Shown piece by piece: positions 1 to 10,500 of a stretch of DNA of 64,000 bases. Within the stretch, counting starts at the first letter, position 1. Every line of letters starts with the position of its first letter. Source of the stretch: Porphyridium purpureum (lineage: Eukaryota); contig VRMN01000026.1 of assembly GCA_008690995.1 (NCBI GenBank), positions 1 to 64,000 of the forward strand. Direction: 5' to 3'. The notes under the pieces are model-generated. The model searched no databases. It saw nothing but the letters and a program-made list of their open reading frames with translations, and was not told where the DNA came from. A program made the translations under genes and the position numbers.

Positions 1-3
1 CTG

Positions 4-3000
4 TTAACTTTCAAGCCGCTTGAGCACTTCGGCACGGTCCGCGTCTGGTAAACCGCCTAGCAGCTCCGAGATTGATGCACGCACGGCGTCCAGTCGCACC
101 GGCGCAAGCAGCGCATCCAGGTTGGCACTGTTTTCGTCAAACCACTTCAGGAACGCGCGGTCATCGAGCCACACGGCATCGCCGCCCACGAGTGCGCGCA
201 TGACTTCTGTGGCGGCGAGCCAGTCGAGTGCTGCGTTGACTTTCGCGACGTGCTTGCGCAGCTCTAGTTCACGCAGACGGCGCTTTGTGCGCCAGAAAAA
301 GTACTCGCGGGAGCGCTTCCACTCGACAACGTCACGAATGACGCCCTTGGCCAGCATGCGACCCGAACGGTCGTGCAGATCGGCAAACTCGTGAGCAATC
401 TGGAGATAGATTGGCAGCAACAGATTTTCGCGCTTGCTGATAGCAGCCTTGATTTCTGCGCGATCCTTTTCTTCCGTAGCATTCTCAAGCCGCGCGTCAA
501 GCGAAAGCAGCTCAGTGTCCAGGCGATGCATCGCCTTCAGCTGATCGGGCGCGCGAAACTTGACCTCGCAGATGCCCGGCGGCTCCAAAATACCGCCCCG
601 GCTCTGCGTGTCCGCGTACATCTCCATCATCTTTTCATTAATGGTCGGGTCAACGACCACCCATGCACCGCCGCGAAGCTCCGCATTGGGTGGCAGATAG
701 ATCGAGACAGGCATATCATACTTGCGCAGCGCGTCCACAATCATGGCACCAAACTTGAGCACTTCACCAAACATGTCGCGCGTGCCGCCCGAGAAACCAC
801 GCCAGTTCGCAAAAATCATCAGCGGCAAATTCTCACCGCTGAAGTCTTCGATCGCCTGTGCCGTCTTGAAAGCAGAGTCTGGGTACCATACTTGCCCGGC
901 TTGAGGTTCAAGCGTCTCACGCGACGCCGCATTTGCTGGATCGGCCGGGATCACGCGATCAAAGGTGCGCGTTTCGACAGCAATCACTCCGTACGGAATC
1001 CCGCCAAGCCTGGCGCGGCCTACTACTACACTCCTACCCCAGCCAGCTAGGTATTCTTTGAAGCTGCCGGCGTCAAAGAAGCCACGCAACACCTTGCCAT
1101 CCGGCTGCACACTTCCACGCAACATATCACGCACATCGTACGTGGCCCCACCGCCTTTGGGCGGTACAAACTCGACATCGCGGCCGATTGGATCTGCAGG
1201 CGGTCCCGCAAGTATAGGCGGACTGCCGCGTGCTGTCGCCGGCACGTACGCGAGCCAGTCCAAGATCGCAATGACACCTTCCTGGTCGTTCTCGACGAGT
1301 TCGTGCGTCACGCCATTAGGCACCATGATTTGGGGCCCTCCAAGCTGATCCAGTGAAGAGTATACGTCACGCCCTAGAAGCTTGTTCAGCGCCTGGAAGC
1401 CAGTGAGAATGATCGGTCCATTCGTTTGCTGGATGGTGCGCTGGCCCAGTCTCACCAAATAAGCGCCGATGCCAACCGAACGCCCCGTCACGTAGCTCAG
1501 CGTGAAACTTTCGTCGTACGCACGACTAGTCTCTCCAGCGATGAGACCGGAACCCCTCAGGTTCTCGACGCCGATGCCATGTGCAGTGCCAATGATATCT
1601 TTGAGAACGTAACGCACTTCCTCCCCCTTTTCCCCAGAACCCGCGCACATGCGCCTTTCCGCGATGACTGTACCTTCAGGCAACTCATTGTAGTCCTTCT
1701 CTGACAAATACAAGTACTCGAAGCCAAGTGTTGGGTTCGACTCGTCGCGAAACTGCACTTTGAACATCGGTTTCAGCGACTCGACGAGGCCAATACGTGC
1801 ACCGCTGTTGCTCGACAGATAAATGCGCGGAATGCTACGCACACGGGCATACTCGGACGCTTTGAAAAAGAACTCGTCCTCAGCGACGCCAAACGATCCG
1901 GCCTGGAAGGTTACATCATTGGCAATAACCACGATCTCGCGACCAGATGGATATTCTGGTGTCTTGAGCGTGATGAGCCATGCGACCATACCAATCTCAT
2001 TCTGGCCCGGTGCGCGCTCCACAGGAGACAGCTCCTGCGTTTCTTTATCAAGCACAAGTTCGCGCGTCCTCATGAGCGATCCAAATTGTGGTGTGACGGG
2101 CGGGTTAGTCGAGCGCGTGCGAGCTCGCGACCACTGCTTCACGAGTGCAATTTCAAACAAGGCCATGAAATCGTAAGCGTACGTCGATCCGACGCGACGT
2201 GCCGCGCGGCGCTTGAGCTGCTCCGGTCCACTCTTCGTGTAGTACGGCCGCGACGCTGAAGCATTTAGCTGCTGTCCTTGCGCTATTTGCTGCTCCTCGT
2301 ACGGCACATACTGCTCTGTTACGCCAGTGATCGGGTTCTGAATCTCTGCAAAAGCATCGGTCTTAAAGAACGTCCGCTGTGATTGCGCACCCGCGTAACC
2401 GCCTGTCGGCGACGCCCAAAGACGCACTGCCTGCTGAACTTCATTTCCAGTGCTGTCCGCTTCGAATGGCACGCGTATCTTGAGCTCGATGTTTTCCACA
2501 CGCAGTCGGATCAGCCGTTCTGCGTACTTGACCATTAACGCTTCCATATCTGCTCGAAGGTGTCGAACCGTGTGCGCCGGAGGCAACTTTTTCGTGGGTC
2601 CGCCGGTCTGTTCAATGTACGCCGCCCCTTGGACAGGCTGCAATACGTTCAAAAACATGTTACAGGTCGCGGTGGGGTCTACACGCGGGTTCACGATGCC
2701 AGCGTCGAGTTGGTCCATGAGGATGAGCAGCACTTTTTCCATCACGCCAGGTACAGACATATCTGAGTGCGAAATACCTCGCAGAAAGAGGGACTGCGTG
2801 CGAGGCCGTGTGAGTGCCACTTCTTGGTCGCGCTTCTCGGTGCCCAGCCAAAGTTGAGCGTTTCGCAAGTAAATGGGTAGTCGTTGCAGTTCAAAGTTCT
2901 CACTCAGCCGGCTGAGCTCAAGCAAATAGGGGAAGGACGTGCGCATGTCACGTCGCAAGGCGTCTTCTGCATAGTTTTCGCAGAAGTTGAATGAGAACAT

Positions 3001-6000
3001 GCGCGGTGCTTTTGGCGCCTGGTTCACCAGCAAATTGACCGTGCGAACGCCGGCCTCGTTGCGAAGCTGGAGGTTACGCGCCTGCAACAAACCCTCCCAA
3101 CGCGAAATGAAGCCGCGCTCCTCTTCTGAGCCCTGAGGTAACGCACCAACCGGCCCGTTAAAGCTGATGATTAGCGTACCGATCGGCTCCTGCTCCTCCT
3201 CCTTCTTTTCCTTCGTCCACTCTGCCGCAAAGTCATCAATGATCGAAGGGAGCTTGTCTTGTGCGGTCGCCATCGAATCGCACGCCACCAGTCGCCCAAG
3301 CCGCATGGGCGAGCCCCGTACAATGTCTGCGTACGAAAACCGCCACGTTGCCACAATGCCGGAATCTGTGCGCTCGATGTTCAAAGCGTGGATAACATGC
3401 GCACGGTAAACGCGGCGAATGTACACTTCAAGTGCAGCGCGGGCGACTTGCGCGTCCATGTCCAGGAAGAGTGAGCAAAGGAGGTCGACCGACACACTCA
3501 GCGCACGCGACTTGGCAATCTCATCGAGTGCCGTAGAGTCGTTTCCCTTTGACATGATAAACTGGCGCACGTCTGCTAACCGCGAGTTGAAGTCTGGCGT
3601 GCGCAGTGCAGTCAGCAGCTGACCCGCTGCAACTACCACATCTCCATAGTTCTGGCTCTTCAGCTTCGTAAGAGCGGTCAAAGCGGCGTCGAGCTCCGGA
3701 GACAAAAGTGTGTCGTTCGGAAAGCGGTCCGGAAGCGTTCCTAGCTGGCGCAGAAGCGAGAGAACAAGCTCCGCGCGCCGCGGCAGTGTCAGGTGCGCTG
3801 CGATCATTTGGATTGCTGCCGCGTCGCTACCGGCGCTCTTCTTGATTGCCAAAATCGAATCATTGAGCGCGCGTCCGTCAAAATGTTCTTCGACGCGAAC
3901 AAATTCTTCGATGAGCGGCACGAGCCGAGAGATAATGTCGCATGCCGTGACTGGGTCTTCGATTGACTCTTCTGCTGAGCCAGCGTTTGAGTCCACCAAC
4001 TGCTGCAACGCCGGGCCAACGCTTCCTTGGAAACCGTCTAGGATCAGCCGGAGCTTGTACGCCGCGATATCCACCGCATAGCTGCCAGCGCCTGTGCCCG
4101 CCGCGCCCATGCCAAGAGCAAGGACGTCACGGCCTTCGGGTTTGCGAATGTTAAGGACACCATCAAAGTCAGACACAGGCGACGCCTTGGATGGGTCGTC
4201 GAGATCAAGCCGCGCAAGCAGGTCACCTGTCTTGATGATGGAGCCGGCGGCAAGCTCGTGGCGCAGCATGCCGGTCTCGCCTGCTGAGAGCTGCATAATC
4301 ATCTTCATGGCCTCGAGCTCCACGTAAGGCTCGCCCTTCTTCACCGCATCACCATCCTGTTTGAGAAAGCGCACCACCTTGCCCGTTACGTCGCTGCGCA
4401 ATTCAGATGGGTCAAAGATCGTCGGAATCATTACGGTGCTCCCATTGATAATCATGCGCAATCCGAGGGGCTCCTCTACGCCAGAAACTGAATACACATT
4501 CTCACCCATGGTGCACAGTAGGCTCTGGTCCGGCTGCTCACGCACTTTGACGTCTAGCGACCACGTGCTCATCGAGCTTCCAGCTTTTGCCGCGGCCCCA
4601 CTTGCAGAGCTTCCACTCGCGCTATCAAGCAAATTCAGGCGGAGCACGTCTGGCGCCAATCGGCCCACCTCAAAAGTGAAGCGGAGGCCCATGTAGGTGA
4701 TTTCGACGCTAAACTTGTTCAGAGCGTTCAACTCGGACACGAACGTGCTCTGACCACGCGCAAGCTGCTCAAGGCATGCGAGTTTGCCGCGTTTGATGGT
4801 GTCATGGGCGCGATACACAGCTGCAGCAAGAACGGCAGTGTCGCGATCCAGCTCAAATTTGACCGACTTTTCGCGGATCAGACGATCAAGCCATGAGGTA
4901 TCGATAGTATTCTGCTTGAATTCATCAGTCTCAAGCAGTTGCACCAAGTATTCGACCGGATTGCGAATCTCGCCGCGCGCTTCAAGCTCCTTGAGTGCCA
5001 GCACCAATGCCTTGCGCGCATCCTCACGGTTTGCGCCGCTGGCAAAAACATGCCCAAACTGCGAATCGGCAAACTCGTGAATCCCACCCTGCGCACCGAC
5101 TGAAAAGTAGCCCCAGACGTCCGGACTGCTCTGAAATCGCACGCGCTCCACACGACCGCTCGTTGGCTTGAATCCTTCGTCCGGGTTTTCGGCGGTGATG
5201 CGAGCTGCGATGACGTGGCTGCGAAGCGGCTGGTACATTTCGGTCATAAAGTCGATCGGCGAGTCGCCGTATGCATCTGTGCCATCACGTCCGTACAGTC
5301 GTCGGATATCGGGCACGCGCGATAGTGCAATGCCCATCGCTACCTGCAGCTGCGTGGCGGGCATGTTCACGCGTGTGAGGCCCTCCGTCACTGGATGCTC
5401 GACCTGAAGCCGCGGGTTGAGCTCGAGGAAGAAAAACTTTTGCGTGTCCGCATTGTACAGGTACTCCACGGTTCCGGCTCCGCGGTAGCCGATCGATTGC
5501 GTTAAGCGCTGCGCTGCGCGCTCCATTTCCCGGAAGACCGAAGGCTCCACGATAACGGGCGGTCCCTCTTCGAATATTTTTTGAAAGCGGCGCTGCGTGG
5601 AGCAGTCGCGCCCGTTCAGCGCTACCGCGTTGCCGTACTCATCTCCTACGATCTGGACCTCAATGTGTCTCGCGTTCTTGCACAACTGCATCATGAAGAT
5701 CGGACTCCCGGGTACTTCATTTACCACTTGTTCATAATTCGAGCGCAGCTCTGTTTCGTTCGCAGACATGCGAATGCCCTTGCCACCGCCGCCTTCGGAC
5801 GCCTTTGTCATGATCGGGTAGCCGATGCGCTCGGCCACTGCGATCGCCTCGTCAACGTTGTGCACCATCGCTTGCTCAAATATCTCACGCGGGATCGTGC
5901 CGTCCTCTGACAGCTCTGCCGTCAGTCCATCGCCCGACCACGGGATGCTGGGCACGTTGGCCGTTTGTGCCAAAATGTTCGCGCCAATCTTGTCGCCCAG

Positions 6001-6689
6001 CACGGCCATGACGGGACCCGTCGGCCCGATGAACTGGATGCCCAGCTTGGCGAGTGAATTAGGCAATCGAGGGTTCTCAGATGCGTGGCCCCAGCCCGGC
6101 CACACTGCGTCGACGCCCTCGCGCTTCGCCATCGCACAGATCAACTCCACGTTGGCATAGTTGTTACGGTTTGGGCCGCCGGGTACCTCCACAAAAGAAT
6201 CTGCGAGGCGCACAAACTCGGCGTTGGCGTTGAGATCCTCTGGTGTGGCCATCGCAACAAATTCAATCGCTCGCTCCGAGCCTATTTCATAGTACGCCCA
6301 CTTGCGCATGGACAGAATGGCCTTGGTGGCCGCCATGCCGTTGTTCGCGATCAGCACTTTCCGAATGACGCGCTTGCCGCCGCGAGCGTCCACGTACTCC
6401 TGGAGCTGCTTCAGGTTTGTCTGATTCCGCGGCGACGCCGGCGGCGACGCCGATGCCGGTTTTTCCTTCCACGCTAGCAAGCTCATGCGTAACACTCTGG
6501 CGCCGCGCCCGCACGCCCGCCGGCTGATTGCTGCTGGTCCTCGCGCGCTTTCATCCGCTCCACTGGTTTGCGTGAACGACGTGGTTGCTCCGCCACGCCT
6601 TTCATCCATCGCGCAAGCGTCTGAGCGCCGCCGCCGCGGCGCGCGCGCACATGCGCTTGCAAGGGCGGCTGGAACTGAAACGCCAGCAT
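4..6689 (-). CDS. ACC: Homomeric (multidomain) acetyl-CoA carboxylase, probably plastid-targeted; true start uncertain (in-frame ATG at 6609 or 6486, or ATG 6689 if one base is missing at 6678-6680)
   Basis: Biotin carboxylase motifs (KVLIANNGMAATK, WPGWGHASEN, KASEGGGGKGIR, ELNPRLQVEHP), biotin attachment EAMKM, carboxyltransferase motifs (GVENLRGSG, NWRGFSGGTRDM, ELRGGAWVVVD); single uninterrupted ORF. Confidence 0.97.
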
Positions 6690-6796
6690 CGCCGCCGCAC
6701 CACCCTCCCTCCTCCTCATCATCATCTTCTCTCCATCCCCCCCTGTCGGCGGCATCATGCACCGTGGCCCGCACCCCACCTCCCACCACACACGCT

Positions 6797-6843
6797 CAGC
6801 AGCAGCAGCAGCAGCAGCAGCAGCGTCTCTCTCTCTCTCTCTC
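6797..6843. repeat. Compound microsatellite, (CAG)9 followed by (CT)~9, upstream of ACC
   Basis: Directly visible. Confidence 0.9.
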
Positions 6844-7024
6844 CCGTGCTCTCTTGCCCTCTCGTCCCCATCTCTCACCCCACCCCCTTGCGTGAGACCC
6901 GCCTTATCACATCCACAAGCCGAAATCTCCATGTGTTCTGCTTTTGCGTTCTGTTTTCGCGTCGCGCCTCGAGCTCGATCAAGTACACTTGCATTCAAAC
7001 TGAACCTTCACATGGCACTTTTAT

Positions 7025-7322
7025 CGTGGAATATAGTCATCCCTCTCTGCCTGCCTGATGACGTGATGAGGAGTCATCAAATACTTAATGATGACAACTC
7101 TCCGTTGGTTGGTGACCGTAATGGTTAACCACAGTAGTATATCATTCGAGTGTGAGAGACGGCCGACGAGTCGGCGCTCTGTCTCCTTTGGAGGTAAGAG
7201 CTAGGTTGTGTTAAGGAGTAAAGTCGTCTTGTTGTGGACCTCTTGCTTCAGCTAGCCACCAGTAGTTTACTATTGGTACACGTTTGGTATACGCGTGCTT
7301 CACGAAGACGCTATCATCAAAG
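7025..7322 (+). repeat. 5' LTR of the Copia-order element (CG...AG termini)
   Basis: Direct repeat of 31101-31208 plus 36676-36865; identity ends exactly at the TSD and PBS boundaries. Confidence 0.93.
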
Positions 7323-7337
7323 GGTTATGAGCCCAGC
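7323..7337 (+). promoter_or_regulatory. Primer-binding site complementary to the anticodon stem-loop of initiator tRNA-Met (half-tRNA priming, as in Ty5 and copia)
   Basis: GGTTATGAGCCCAGC directly after the LTR. Confidence 0.88.
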
Positions 7338-7571
7338 CTTTGCGCTGCGGTGTTTCCCTCATCTTTCTTCTTCTTGCTTGCTTGACTAACCACCTATTGT
7401 GGTAGTGTTTCTATCATTCGGTCATTCCCCAACTCTACCCTCGATCACGCTTTGGAAAAGCGACTGTGGCAGCGCGACAGCCAAGACGCTGATCGGCGCC
7501 GCGAACATCGAGAAGGAAAAAAGAGGCGCTCGAAGCGCAACTGGTGAGCGCGACGCGCCCAGTGTTTGGTC

Positions 7572-10500
7572 ATGGAATATGACATGGATAGGGCTGCGGG
7601 TGCTAGTACCCCAGCAACACCGTCGCCGGCACGCGGTGGTGCAAACGCCTCGGCAACCCGCCTTGGCGCGGCAGCAAGTGCGCGGCGCGAGTCCGCGCGC
7701 GAGGAAACGAAACGAGAGATGGCGGCGATGCTGAATGCGGCATACGCCCAAATGCATCGCCAACTCTCGGAGGAATTCGGCGCCAAGATGGCGACCGAAC
7801 TGAATACCCGGACGGCGATTGTTCAGAGTGAGCTCGCCGAGCTGCGGAGCGAGAACGTTCGTCTGAGGGCGCTTCGCGATGGATCCGGTGGAAGTGGCGC
7901 TTTGCCGAGCTGCATGCGCCCTGCGGCCATGCTGTACTATGGCGGCGAGCGATCCACTGCGGCCATTATGACCTGGACGGCAGCAGCGCGTTCGCGGGTG
8001 TACAACCCGGCGCGCTCGGATTGGCGGTCGCAGGGCCGTCTTTGGACGGAAACCGAGGAAGAGGAAGCAGTGTCGACGCTTTCGACTCACCTCTTCGGAT
8101 TGGCGCAACTCTGGTACCAGGCATTACAACCTGATCAGAGACCCACCTCGGTAGAAGAGTTTCTGCTCGCGCTTCAGCGGCGCTTCGAGCCAAAAGAAAC
8201 AGAAAATGACGTGCGGGATGAACTGCAAAAGATGAAGCAGGGTGCAATGAGTGTCCAAGATTTTGAAGCTGCATTTAGTGAAGTTTGTCTGCGTATACCA
8301 AATTTGGTAGACAAAGATAAACTTCACTATTTTACAGAATCTCTTGACACTTCTATTGCCACTCACGTAGCGCTTCACTTCCCTCCCACCTATGACGACG
8401 CTTTGCGTTTGGCTTTAGTTGCCGACAAAGTCATATTTAAGCGTGGTCGAGACCAGCAGCCCATCACAGCACGCACGTACCCGTCAGCCATGCAGCCTGC
8501 ATACCACCCCCAGATGAACTATAACCAGCATGGTCCGGTGCCAATGGACTTGGGTACCGCCAGCGGCAGCAGCGCACGGGTGCACGGACGAGGATACAAC
8601 GACTTCCAGCGGGATCGCTCGAACGAGTATCAACAGCAACAGCATGACCAATGGTCACCAGCTGGACCGCAGCGGAACCTGCGTGCGAATCATGCAGAGC
8701 GGTACGCGCAGAGCCGCGCGGACGGACGAGACGGCGGCTGGCGAGAGCCGAGCACGCATGGTTGGAACCGTGGTGGCGGCCAGAACGACGCGCGTGGGCG
8801 CGGACAGAAGCGTGGCGCACCGCAACGAGGCGGTGCCAGTAGACCACGACCGCGACAGACGCCGAAGTCGCAACAAGATGGCAAGAAGAGTAATCAGCGT
8901 GGGCGCTATTACTGCCATCGGTGCTCCGTGTGGGGGCCAGCGACGCACAACTGTGCAGACAGGCGCGATGATCGCGATGCCAATCTCGGCGGAGCCGAGT
9001 TGATGACCGCCAGTGCGGGCAAAGGGTTGCTCAAGGTGAATGCTTGGGTGAACGGCCGGGCGATGAAAGCAGTCATCGATACCGGCGCAACGCACACCTT
9101 TCTGAGCGAGAGCGCATGCGCGATGGTGCGAGTGCGCACAAATAGCACCGCGAATGCCTTGACCATTCGATTGGCAGACGGCACGCAGTGCATGTCTCGC
9201 GGGCGCGCGACAGTGAATCTGGCGGTGCTGGATTCAGCAGAGAAGCAGCAGGACGTGGTTGTGTACAATGGCCACAATGACCTCGTGATCGGTCTCGATT
9301 GGCTTCGAACCAACCGCTTCGAAATGATCATCGGCGGTCACAGTCTTGGCACAGCCGAGGCTGAGCATGTAGAGCAGGACCATTGCGTTCTGCACATGCC
9401 GTCGCGCGACACGTGCGGAATATGCAGCGCGGCAAAGCTGCGGCGCGCGCGTGCTGTGAGGCGAGACGACTCGGTTGGCAAAGAGCGCGGACGAGCGCGC
9501 GAGTTCAACGACGTGGTGTCGATTGACATTGTGGATCCCGGACTGGCAGCCGTGGATGGCAGCAGGTGGCTGCTCACTCACCTCGACGAAGCCACTGGGT
9601 GGTTCTCAGCAATTGGGCTGGCGGACAAGTCCGCCGCTGAGTGCATTCGCGGGTTGACGGAGCTGCAGCGCGGACGTGGTGATTGGCCACGAGTGTTGCG
9701 GTGTGACGAGGGCCGCGAGTTCATGGGCGAATTCGACGGATTCATCGCGGAAAAGGGCGTGAAGAAAGTCACTGGTGTACCTTACCGGGCGAACACGCAC
9801 GCGACGCATGAACGCAAGCATGCAGACTTGAACGGAGCAGTGCGAGCACTGCTGATGCAGTCTGGCTTGCCGACCGCGTGGTATCCGTTCGCCGCCGCCT
9901 ACTTTTGCCTGGCCAGAAACCTCGCCTGGCGCGGCGCAAAGCAGGAGCAGACCAGCTTCGAGCAACGGCTCGGTCTAACATGGCACAAGCCCATCCCTGC
10001 ATTCGGGAGCGGCATTCTCATATACGATGAGAGCCGCGGCAAATTTGAGCCGAAAGGCTTGCCTGCAATCGTCGTTGGGTTCACGGCACCGAGGCCGAAT
10101 GACCCGCGGCAGCCCATAAACCTGCTCGCCCTGCCCATTGCCGACTTGCGGCCATCTGCGATCAGGAAGGTCGGCGAATGGAAGCCACTTCCCGACAAGT
10201 GGCCATTGCGACGTTTGGCACTGCGGCCTCCGGATGAGGCCATTACGACGGGTGATCAATGGTCGCGAGCACGCGACAATGCACCGGACCGTGCATTCTG
10301 CACACAGTGCAAGAAAATAGTCGGTGGGAGCACCGAATGCGAGAAATGCATTTTGGGTCCGGCGCCCAGCCGACGTCACACTGGTGACGGCGCATGCAGG
10401 CAAATGCACTGCCAGTGCTACCGAGACGAGCACGGAAAGCTCGCGTCACGAGCACAGTATCGGCGCATTGAGCTGCCGTGGAGTCCGGCCGAGGACATTG

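Noticed and set aside
6690..6789. ACC start at GTG 6789 as given in the ORF track
   Set aside because: Non-ATG start and low-complexity sequence; more likely 5' UTR
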